DNA of 64,000 nt from an uncultured Armatimonadetes bacterium (GTDB lineage: Bacteria > Armatimonadota > UBA5829 > DTJY01), in the NCBI GenBank assembly GCA_963717145.1, contig OY970325.1, forward strand, positions 4,512,001-4,576,000. The letters run 5' to 3'. Positions 10,452 to 18,470 of the stretch are shown here, one piece after another. Both the position numbers and the translations under genes were made by a program. Below the pieces are notes generated by a model, which was not told where the DNA came from, searched no databases, and was given only the letters and a program-made list of their open reading frames with translations. How positions within the stretch are numbered: the stretch's first letter is position 1; every line of letters begins with the position of its first letter.

Positions 10452-12173
10452 ATGCAGAAAAAGTCAATCGGTGACCTCTTCGTAAGCGCCGATCTGATAA
10501 CTGAAGAGCAGCTCAGCCAGGCACTCGAGAAGCAACGCCAGCTTGGAACCGGGGAGACAATCGGCGATGTTCTCGTGAGCATGGGGCTGATCACAGACCG
10601 CGACAGGGCCCGGTGTCTCGGCGTGCATTGGGGCGTCCAGTACGTGGATCTGACCGACTATCCTATCGATCAGGAGACGGTGCGGTGCATATCTCAGGAT
10701 ATCGCCCGCCGGTACAAGGCCATCCCGATCGCCAGGAACAACGGTCATATCACCATGGCGATGAAGAACCCGCTCGACATCTTCGCCATAGATGAGGTCC
10801 GACTCATCACGGGCCTGGATGTCGAACCGGTCATCGCCACGGAAGAGGATATCCAGGCAGCGATCGGCAGCCACTATGAGAGCACTCAGTCGGCCGAAGC
10901 TGTCAGTGAGCTTATCGACAATATCGAGACCGCGGAGATCGCACTCGGTGGGGGCGACGAGAACCAGGAAGACGACGTCAGCATCGAAGAGCTGAGGGAA
11001 CTCAGCGAAGAAGCTCCGATCGTCCGGCTCTCCAACCTGATACTGAATCGTGGCATATCGGACAAGTGCAGCGACATCCACCTCGAGCCCGGGAGGACAT
11101 CGCTCCGAGTTCGGTTCAGAATCGACGGAATACTGCAGGACGGCCTGCTCGTGCCGAAGAAGGCGCAGGCGTCGCTCATCTCGCGCATCAAGATCATGGC
11201 CGAGATGGACATCGCTGAGAAACGGGCGCCGCAGGACGGCCGAATCAGCGCCATGGTGGAGGGCAAGCAGTACGACTTCCGCGTCTCCACGTTGCCGTCG
11301 GTCTACGGCGAAAAGGTCGTTCTCCGAGTCCTCGACAAGAGCTCGATCATGATCGGGCTCAGCAAGCTGGGATTTCTGCCGCAGACTCAGGAGATGTTCG
11401 AGTCGATCATCAGTCGGAGCTACGGCATCATTCTGGTAACCGGTCCGACAGGCAGCGGCAAGTCGACGACGCTTTACTCGGTGCTCAGCAAGCTGAACTC
11501 CAGCGAGAAGAACATCCTGACTATCGAGGACCCGGTTGAGTACGAGCTTGCAGGCATCACTCAGACTCAGGTCAACGTGAAAGCCGGCCTCACTTTCGCC
11601 AGCGGGCTCCGGACCATGCTGCGACAGGACCCGAACATCATCATGGTCGGTGAGATTCGAGACAAGGAGACCGCGACCATTGCTATCGAGGCGGCGCTCA
11701 CCGGACACCTGGTGCTTTCGACTTTGCACACCAATGATGCACCGGGCGCCGTCACGAGACTTCAGGAGATGGGAGTCGAGTCGTTTCTCATCGCATCCTC
11801 CGTCGTCGGCGTACTGGCGCAGAGGCTGCTGAGGATGATCTGCGTGAAGTGCAAGGAGACTTACACCCCGCCGAGAGACGCGATCCGGCGGCTCGGCATG
11901 AACGTCGACGAGGGATCCGAGGTGACGTTCTGTCGTGGAAAGGGCTGTGACCACTGCAAGGGTACCGGCTATAAGGGCAGGATCGGCATCTATGAGCTGA
12001 TGCCGATAACCGACAAGATTCGCGATCTGATACTGGCTCGGTCTTCCTCCTTCACCGTGAAGGAAGCCGCCATCGAGGCCGGTATGAAGACGCTTCGAGA
12101 TGATGCCATGGAGAAGATCCTCCTCGGACTGACAACGCTGGAGGAATCCCTGAGGGTTATCTACTCCGGCTAG
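10452..12173 (+). CDS. pilB: Pilus assembly ATPase PilB/GspE family
   Basis: GPTGSGKSTT, LRQDPNIIMVGEIRD, tetracysteine motif, N-terminal MshEN-like region. Confidence 0.95.
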   Translation: MQKKSIGDLFVSADLITEEQLSQALEKQRQLGTGETIGDVLVSMGLITDRDRARCLGVHWGVQYVDLTDYPIDQETVRCISQDIARRYKAIPIARNNGHITMAMKNPLDIFAIDEVRLITGLDVEPVIATEEDIQAAIGSHYESTQSAEAVSELIDNIETAEIALGGGDENQEDDVSIEELRELSEEAPIVRLSNLILNRGISDKCSDIHLEPGRTSLRVRFRIDGILQDGLLVPKKAQASLISRIKIMAEMDIAEKRAPQDGRISAMVEGKQYDFRVSTLPSVYGEKVVLRVLDKSSIMIGLSKLGFLPQTQEMFESIISRSYGIILVTGPTGSGKSTTLYSVLSKLNSSEKNILTIEDPVEYELAGITQTQVNVKAGLTFASGLRTMLRQDPNIIMVGEIRDKETATIAIEAALTGHLVLSTLHTNDAPGAVTRLQEMGVESFLIASSVVGVLAQRLLRMICVKCKETYTPPRDAIRRLGMNVDEGSEVTFCRGKGCDHCKGTGYKGRIGIYELMPITDKIRDLILARSSSFTVKEAAIEAGMKTLRDDAMEKILLGLTTLEESLRVIYSG

Positions 12174-12179
12174 TCGCCT

Positions 12180-12233
12180 TGGAATGCGGCGGCTCGATCC
12201 TGAACTTGATTCAGGATCAAGCCGCCGCATTCC
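12180..12233. repeat. Intergenic palindrome
   Basis: GGAATGCGGCGGCTCGATCCTGAA...TTCAGGATCAAGCCGCCGCATTCC. Confidence 0.7.
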
Positions 12234-12252
12234 AGAGCAAGGAGATATCATA

Positions 12253-13386
12253 ATGCAGGAAATCGATCTTCTGAGCGTGTTGGACGAAGAGCCGGAGTTG
12301 GTGAACCCGGACGGCAAGCCCGTCGCCGATGTCCACATAGATGACCTTCTCCGTCTCGGATGCGAGATGGGCGGCTCGGATATCCACCTCACAGTCGGTC
12401 TCCCGCCGATGGTCAGGTGCGACGGACATCTTGTGGCGACGCCTTACGCCGAACTGGGCCAGAGGGATACCCAGAGGCTCATCTACGACATCCTGACGAA
12501 CGATCAGATCCAGTGGTTCGAGAAGACACGCGAATTGGACTTCTCGTACGGCCTCAAGAACGCCGGCCGGTTCAGGATCAATGTCTACAGGCAGCGGAGT
12601 TCGATCGGCGTGGCCATGCGCGCAATCCCGAGCAAGATCCCGACCATGGAACAGCTCGGTTTGCCGGATATCCTTCGGGCATTGACTCGCAAGCACAGCG
12701 GACTCATCCTGGTCACGGGGCCGACCGGAAGCGGCAAATCGACGACCATCGCGACGATGGTCGACACGATCAACTGCGAGCGAAGCGGCCATATCATGAC
12801 AATCGAGGACCCGATCGAGTATCTGCATTATCACAAGAAGTGCATGGTCAACCAGCGCGAGTTGAACACCGACACTGATTCGTTCGAGAATGCGCTCCGT
12901 GCCATCCTGCGCGAGGACCCGGATGTCATCCTGGTGGGTGAAATGCGAGACTTGGAGACCATCGCCGCGGCCCTGACCCTGGCGGAAACCGGTCACCTCG
13001 TGTTCGGCACGCTGCATACGAGGAATGCGCCCCAGACGATCGACCGCGTCGTCGACGTATTCCCGGCGCATCAGCAGGACCAGATCAAGGTCCAGCTCTC
13101 GAACACCCTCGAGGCGGTCGTCGCCCAGCAGCTCATCCCGAGAGTCGGGGGCGGACGTTATGCCGCCATCGAGATCATGGTCGCCAATCCGGCGATCCGG
13201 AACCTCATCCGGGAAGGCAAGACGTACCAGATCTACTCCTCGATCGAGACGGGCGGCCAGTTGGGGATGCAGGCGATGGACCGCGTCCTGGCGGATGCGC
13301 ACAGGAACGGCGCCATCAGTTTCGAGGAAGCCATAAGCAGGGCGATAGATCGCGACAACTTCAGCCGGCTACTGAACGGCGGTTGA
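12253..13386 (+). CDS. pilT: Retraction ATPase PilT
   Basis: GPTGSGKSTT, LREDPDVILVGEMRD, AIRNLIREGK; ATG after AAGGAG. Confidence 0.95.
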   Translation: MQEIDLLSVLDEEPELVNPDGKPVADVHIDDLLRLGCEMGGSDIHLTVGLPPMVRCDGHLVATPYAELGQRDTQRLIYDILTNDQIQWFEKTRELDFSYGLKNAGRFRINVYRQRSSIGVAMRAIPSKIPTMEQLGLPDILRALTRKHSGLILVTGPTGSGKSTTIATMVDTINCERSGHIMTIEDPIEYLHYHKKCMVNQRELNTDTDSFENALRAILREDPDVILVGEMRDLETIAAALTLAETGHLVFGTLHTRNAPQTIDRVVDVFPAHQQDQIKVQLSNTLEAVVAQQLIPRVGGGRYAAIEIMVANPAIRNLIREGKTYQIYSSIETGGQLGMQAMDRVLADAHRNGAISFEEAISRAIDRDNFSRLLNGG

Positions 13387-13392
13387 TCACCC

Positions 13393-13614
13393 GTAGGGGC
13401 GGTGCTTCTACGCCCGCCCGAGACGGGAGGCCGTTGAAGGCCTCCCCTACGGCACGAGCCGAGACGGGAGGCCGTTGAAGGCCTCCTCTACGGCACGAGC
13501 CGAGACGGGAGGCCGTTGAAGGCCTCCTCTACGGCACGAGCCGAGACGGGAGGCCGTTGAAGGCCTCCCCTACGGCACGAGCCGAGACGGGAGGCCGTTG
13601 AAGGCCTCCCCTAC
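13393..13614. repeat. Tandem array of five 41-bp REP-like units plus one inverted GTAG REP
   Basis: Unit CCGAGACGGGAGGCCGTTGAAGGCCTCC(C/T)CTACGGCACGAG, period 41 bp. Confidence 0.9.
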
Positions 13615-13646
13615 GGGGCAAGAGATGACTGGAAGGGAAAAGCAAC

Positions 13647-14858
13647 ATGTCCACATTTGCATATACGGCGGTTGATCCGTCAGGCAGGTCCGTCAGGGGC
13701 AAGATAGACGCCGACAATCAGCAGTTGGTGCTCTCCAAGCTCCACGACCAGAAGTACCACGTGCTGGAGATCCGCGAGTCCGGCAGAGGCCTCTCGGTTC
13801 TCTCCGGATTCAACAAGTACAAGAAGCTGAAGCTCCAGACGCTCGTCGTCTTCAGCCGTCAGTTTGCCACCATGATCGACGCGGGCATCAGCATCATCAA
13901 GTGTCTCGACATCCTGGAGAACCAGACGAAGGATGAGGTCCTCAAGCCGGTCATCGGGCAGTCGATGCGCGATGTCAAGAGCGGAATGAGCCTCACCGAT
14001 GCGTTCGCCAAGCACACGAACGTGTTCTCGAAGCTCTATGTGAACATGATCCGTGCGGCGGAACTCGGTGGCGTGCTGGACGCCGTCCTGGACAGGCTCG
14101 CGGGTTTCCTCGAGACCGAGATGGAGATTCGGACGAAGATCAAGTCCGCGATGATGTATCCGATCATCGTCCTGATCTTCTCGTTCCTGATGATCTGCGC
14201 GCTCTTCCTGTTCGTTCTGCCGAAGTTCAAGGAGATCTTCACCAGCATGAACGTCGAGATGCCGCCGGCCACGCGCCTGCTTTTCGACGGCGCCTCCTTG
14301 TTCAAGGCCTACTGGTACATACCGTTCGGCCTGATTGTGGGCGGCACGATCTTCATCCGGTGGTATGGCAAGAAGCCGCAGGGACGATTCCACATAGATT
14401 TCCTTAAGTTGAAGGCGCCGATCGTCGGCGACATTGTGCAGAAGATGGCGATCTCCAGATTTGCCCGCACGTTCGGCACTCTCGTGAGCAGCGGCGTTCC
14501 GATGATGCGAGCGCTCGAGATCGTCGGCGAGACGTCCGGCAACTCGGTCATCTGCAAGGCGATCGAAACGGCGCGCGAGAGTGTCCGCGAGGGGCAGAAG
14601 ATCAGCGCTCCGCTCGAATCGAGCGGCATGTTCCCGACTATGGTGACGCACATGATCGACGTCGGCGAGGAAACAGGTCGCCTGAGCGAGATGCTCATCA
14701 AAGTCTCCGATTTCTACGACAAGGAGATCGACGCTGCTGTGAAGGGCTTGACCTCGATGATCGAGCCTCTGTTGATCGTCTTCATGGGTGTCGTCGTCGG
14801 CTTCATTGCCGTATCGGTCATGGGCCCGATATTCAAGCTCGTCAGCAGCATAGGATAA
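13647..14858 (+). CDS. pilC: Inner-membrane platform protein PilC/GspF
   Basis: FSRQFATMIDAGI, KIKSAMMYP, GEETGRLSEML, SMIEPLLIV. Confidence 0.95.
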   Translation: MSTFAYTAVDPSGRSVRGKIDADNQQLVLSKLHDQKYHVLEIRESGRGLSVLSGFNKYKKLKLQTLVVFSRQFATMIDAGISIIKCLDILENQTKDEVLKPVIGQSMRDVKSGMSLTDAFAKHTNVFSKLYVNMIRAAELGGVLDAVLDRLAGFLETEMEIRTKIKSAMMYPIIVLIFSFLMICALFLFVLPKFKEIFTSMNVEMPPATRLLFDGASLFKAYWYIPFGLIVGGTIFIRWYGKKPQGRFHIDFLKLKAPIVGDIVQKMAISRFARTFGTLVSSGVPMMRALEIVGETSGNSVICKAIETARESVREGQKISAPLESSGMFPTMVTHMIDVGEETGRLSEMLIKVSDFYDKEIDAAVKGLTSMIEPLLIVFMGVVVGFIAVSVMGPIFKLVSSIG

Positions 14859-14861
14859 GTG

Positions 14862-14954
14862 GTAGGAGGGGTTTTCCGGGATGACTGTGCCCGGTAACCC
14901 CGAAGCCATCGATCGGGGTTACCGGGCACAGTCATCCCGGAAAACCCCTCCTAC
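14862..14954. repeat. REPIN-like perfect palindrome (42-bp arms)
   Basis: GTAG...CTAC ends; homologous copy at 31129-31228. Confidence 0.9.
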
Positions 14955-14985
14955 GTGAAGCATCCGGGGAAGGAATACCGCAGAA

Positions 14986-16302
14986 GTGGCAAAGGAAAGG
15001 CTGTCAGAGCAAGAAATACATAAACTCCTGGCCGAGTATCTGAAGGACGGCGATATACGCCTCCGCGATCAGGTGGTCCATCAGTACCGCAACCTCGTGG
15101 AGAGCATCGCCCGTCGGTTCGCCAATTCGGCGGAGCCGCTGGAAGACCTTGTCCAGGAGGGGTATATCGGCCTGATCATCGCGGCCGACAGGTACAACGG
15201 CGATAAGGGGGTGAAGTTTTCAACTTACGCCACCCACTTCATCATCGGCCAGATCAAGCACGCGCTCAGAGACCGCGGCAAGATCATCAAGGAGCCTGCC
15301 TGGCTGCAGGAACTGAACTACAGGATGGATGGAGTGATCAACGCTCTCTACCAGGAACTCGGCCGTCAGCCGACGGACACCGAGATCGGGCGAGTCATGC
15401 ATCTCCCCGAGGAGCAGGTGGCGGGTCTCCTGACGACGCGCGAGGTCTTCAAAGTCACATCGCTCGATCTGGATCCGGACGAGAACTCGAACAGCGGAGT
15501 GGATCTGGACAAGGTGAAGGACGACAAGTGCACCACCTTCCAGCTCCCCATCGAGGACAAGATCGTTCTCGAGACGGCGATGGACAAGCTCAAGATCATC
15601 GAGCAGAAGGTCATTCAGGAGTCCTACTACACGGGTTTGAGCCAGACGGAGATCGCAAAGGCGCTCGGCATCTCCTGCAACTATGTTTCCCATATCCTCC
15701 GGAACGGTACCAAGAAGCTCAGGCGGATACTGATCACCGAGGAAGTGAAGGAGACTCAGGTCCAGCGACAACTCGCCAGCCGCAGGTCCGACAAGACCGC
15801 AGAGGACATGGAGTCGGCGGTCGTGGACGCCGTGACCGGGCTATATACCGCCGCGTACATATCCGAACGTCTGCAGGAAGAGGTGAGCCGCGCCTCGCGT
15901 GCCCACGCAGAGCTGTCGTTTGCGATCCTGGCAGTCGATGACTTCGAGGAGTTCAGGAGCAGGTGTGGTCTGATGCGCACGGAGGATATCCTGTACGCGA
16001 TGACGGGCATTCTCAAAGAGGCGGTCCGCAAGTGTGACATCATCGGCAGGCTCGGAGATGCCGAGTTTGCGCTGATCATGCCGTATACCGGTCAGCAGAG
16101 CCGCAAGGTCTGCGCTCGTGTCTGCAAGGCGCTCACTCAGGCCACATTCGAAACGACGAGGAATGCCCCGGCGGCGCAGTTCGAAGTCCACTCCGGCTGC
16201 TCGGTGTATCCGTCCGACGCGCGATCGGCCCGCAAGTTGATCTCGTTGGCGCGAACGGAACTGGAAAGGGTCATCCCGATCGAGCTTCCCAAGGCGGCTT
16301 AG
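14986..16302 (+). CDS. Group-3 (SigB/F/G-like) sigma-70 factor fused to a C-terminal degenerate GGDEF domain
   Basis: Region 2 DLVQEGYIGL...KFSTYA, region 4 LSQTEIAKALGIS; C-terminal DAVTGLYT...RKCDIIGRLGDAEF. Confidence 0.85.
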   Translation: MAKERLSEQEIHKLLAEYLKDGDIRLRDQVVHQYRNLVESIARRFANSAEPLEDLVQEGYIGLIIAADRYNGDKGVKFSTYATHFIIGQIKHALRDRGKIIKEPAWLQELNYRMDGVINALYQELGRQPTDTEIGRVMHLPEEQVAGLLTTREVFKVTSLDLDPDENSNSGVDLDKVKDDKCTTFQLPIEDKIVLETAMDKLKIIEQKVIQESYYTGLSQTEIAKALGISCNYVSHILRNGTKKLRRILITEEVKETQVQRQLASRRSDKTAEDMESAVVDAVTGLYTAAYISERLQEEVSRASRAHAELSFAILAVDDFEEFRSRCGLMRTEDILYAMTGILKEAVRKCDIIGRLGDAEFALIMPYTGQQSRKVCARVCKALTQATFETTRNAPAAQFEVHSGCSVYPSDARSARKLISLARTELERVIPIELPKAA

Positions 16303-16306
16303 GGAA

Positions 16307-16380
16307 TGGTTGATGGCTGATGGGGAATGGTTAATGGCGGAGCATCCCCCATTAACCATTCCCCATCAGCCATCAACCAT
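16307..16380. repeat. Inverted heptamer-repeat hairpin between convergent genes (possible terminator)
   Basis: ATGGTTGATGGCTGATGGGGAATGGTTAATGG / CCATTAACCATTCCCCATCAGCCATCAACCAT. Confidence 0.7.
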
Positions 16381-17158
16381 CAGATGTCATGTCCCACCAC
16401 TCGCGGAGCTTGTCACGGCTGTGGTAGAGATACTCGCGATCGCCCGCGAAGACCTCCAGAGTGATCGTGCGGTCATATCCCACACGCTTCAGGATGTGAA
16501 TCACCCACTTCCAGTCGATCTTCCCGACCCCCAGTGGCAGATGCAGGTCGAGGTTGCCGCCGTTGTTGTCCGAGAAATGCACGTGTCGGAGTCTGTCGGC
16601 GAAAAGCGATGCCAACTCAACGGTCATGTTGTGCTCGTTCTCGAGGTTCGCGTGACCGACGTCGAGGTGGAATCTGAGGTCCGGCACGGCTGCGAAGACC
16701 TCTGACAGGTCTCTGGGCGAGTTGAAATTCGGCGGCATGTTCTCCAGCATCAGTTCGAGGCCCGACTCTCGTGCCTTCGCGCTGAGGTGGCGAAAAGCGT
16801 CGATGTTGGACTCCCGGATCCAGCGGTTATCGTGGAGCGGCGCCCGGATGAATGGATGGATGTTGACGAACTCGGTCCCCAGTTCGCCGAAGATCAGGAT
16901 GTCACGCTCGATCTCCTGTATGGCCGCCTCACGAACCTCGGGCATCGGAGTCGCGATCGGCAGGTAGTACGCGGTGTGGCCGACGATCCCGAGCCCGGCA
17001 TCCTCCAGCGCTCTCTTGACATCCGGCACCGAAAGCGTGCCCGAGTACGCCTTCTGCGGCTCGAGCGTCAGGTCGATGAAATCGAACCCGGCGTCGGCGA
17101 AGGATCGGATCTCACCGACTACGTCGTGCATCGGATGGTTCATCGCACCGATTCGCAT
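16373..17158 (-). CDS. Sugar phosphate isomerase/epimerase (xylose isomerase-like TIM barrel)
   Basis: LENM, HLDVGHA, HVHFSDN, DLHLPLGVGKIDW, TLEV metal-binding motifs. Confidence 0.85.
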   Translation of the reverse strand: MRIGAMNHPMHDVVGEIRSFADAGFDFIDLTLEPQKAYSGTLSVPDVKRALEDAGLGIVGHTAYYLPIATPMPEVREAAIQEIERDILIFGELGTEFVNIHPFIRAPLHDNRWIRESNIDAFRHLSAKARESGLELMLENMPPNFNSPRDLSEVFAAVPDLRFHLDVGHANLENEHNMTVELASLFADRLRHVHFSDNNGGNLDLHLPLGVGKIDWKWVIHILKRVGYDRTITLEVFAGDREYLYHSRDKLREWWDMTSDG

Positions 17159-17179
17159 CTCTACTCCTCAGTCTCCGCG

Positions 17180-17550
17180 CCCCTCCTTACGAAGGAGGGG
17201 CCGGCCAGCAGGCCGGGGGAGGTTCGCTTGGCGATCTTGGCTTCTTCCTTGAAAACGCTGGTTCGGGCGGATTTGTAATCCAGCCCGCATTGGCAATCTG
17301 GGGATCTGTGATCCTGCGACGGCCGGGATGGCATCACAGATGCCGGTTTGCCATCGGGTGCTGGATTACAAATCCGCACCAACCAATGTTCTCATCCGCT
17401 GCTATGAATGGTCCGCCTGGCGATCTTGGCGTCTTGGCGGTTCCAACTCTTGGGCCGCGGACGCAGAAACCCCCTCGGCCCAGAGGCCGGTCCCCCTTCG
17501 TAAGGGGGACATCTCCGTCGCCACGATGTCCCCTCTTGATGGGGACATCT
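17180..17550. repeat. Mosaic of several palindromic/short repeat families
   Basis: CCCCTCCTTACGAAGGAGGGG; GCGGATTTGTAATCCAGC...GCTGGATTACAAATCCGC; TTGGCGTC-type repeats; GTCCCCCTTCGTAAGGGGGAC. Confidence 0.75.
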
Positions 17551-18284
17551 CAGAGCGGTCTCGAATACATCCACGGGTCGAGGACCGCCTCGCGGACCGG
17601 CTCGTCCTCCGACGGCTTGTGCGCCAGCTTCCTCCGCAGAAGCTCCTCGCGCATGGAGTCCGGCGCCTTCCACGACTCCGACGGGTACGTCCAATCATAC
17701 AGCACGATCAACGACAGCAATACCGGCCAGTTGTCGCCCAGTTTCTCCACCACGTAGCTCCAGTCGAGCCGGTCGCCGACACCTCGTATGATCTGAAACA
17801 CGTCCGGCCAGTCCGAGCGCTGGTGGTTCAGCGTGAACACCTTGGAGAGCACCAAGTCCTCAGCCGCCATGAAGCGCACCGGAATGCCGAGAAACGTCCC
17901 ATCCGATCCGCGCTCGAAGAACGAGCCGTTCAGGCTCACGACGTGGTTCGGCGGCTGCCAGATCACGTCCATCAGCGTGCCGTCCTTCATCGCATGGTAG
18001 ATCCACTCCCGGTCGCCTGCGGCCTGCTCGCCGAAGTCACGAAATCCGGCGTTCGAGAGCACCTCGACCGCGTTCGGCACGTATCCGCGCTCGATGTAGA
18101 CGTCGAGGTCATTGGTGAACCGCCAGACGCCGCTGTAGTGGTGCATCGCGAATGCGCCGCCTATCGCATATGGAAGGCCGGCTTCGTTCAGAGCGGTGAG
18201 CGCTTCGCGGAACACGCGCTTGCTCTCCTCAGGGATCGTCACCTGCGCGGGCAAAAGGCTCTGCTGGGTCCGCACCCTCGTCAT
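17550..18284 (-). CDS. Uncharacterised nucleotidyltransferase-fold protein
   Basis: IGGAFAMHHYSGVWRFTNDLDV (G-G/A...DxD). Confidence 0.75.
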   Translation of the reverse strand: MTRVRTQQSLLPAQVTIPEESKRVFREALTALNEAGLPYAIGGAFAMHHYSGVWRFTNDLDVYIERGYVPNAVEVLSNAGFRDFGEQAAGDREWIYHAMKDGTLMDVIWQPPNHVVSLNGSFFERGSDGTFLGIPVRFMAAEDLVLSKVFTLNHQRSDWPDVFQIIRGVGDRLDWSYVVEKLGDNWPVLLSLIVLYDWTYPSESWKAPDSMREELLRRKLAHKPSEDEPVREAVLDPWMYSRPL

Positions 18285-18384
18285 GCACTCAGGTTACCCG
18301 GCCCGCGAGTTGCGCGAAACCAGCACCCCGATCGCTTGCCCGCAGGAGTTTCCCCTTGAAAGCATGAACGATACAACAGATGGC

Positions 18385-18454
18385 GTAGGGGCGAAGCATT
18401 GGCTGCCGCGTACCTTTGAGTTTCGGATCCCGGCAGCCAATGCTTCGCCCCTAC
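18385..18454. repeat. GTAG-type REPIN-like palindrome
   Basis: GTAGGGGCGAAGCATTGGCTGCCG...CGGCAGCCAATGCTTCGCCCCTAC. Confidence 0.85.
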
Positions 18455-18470
18455 AGGAGCGTAAACCACC

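Noticed and set aside
13418-13614. Possible CRISPR array
   Set aside because: Linkers between the hairpins are identical (no unique spacers), no cas genes; it is a tandem REP array.
10464-14909. Long antisense ORFs (e.g. 10464-12392, 13680-14909; similarly 42678-44411)
   Set aside because: Shadow frames of GC-rich genes; no recognisable motifs.
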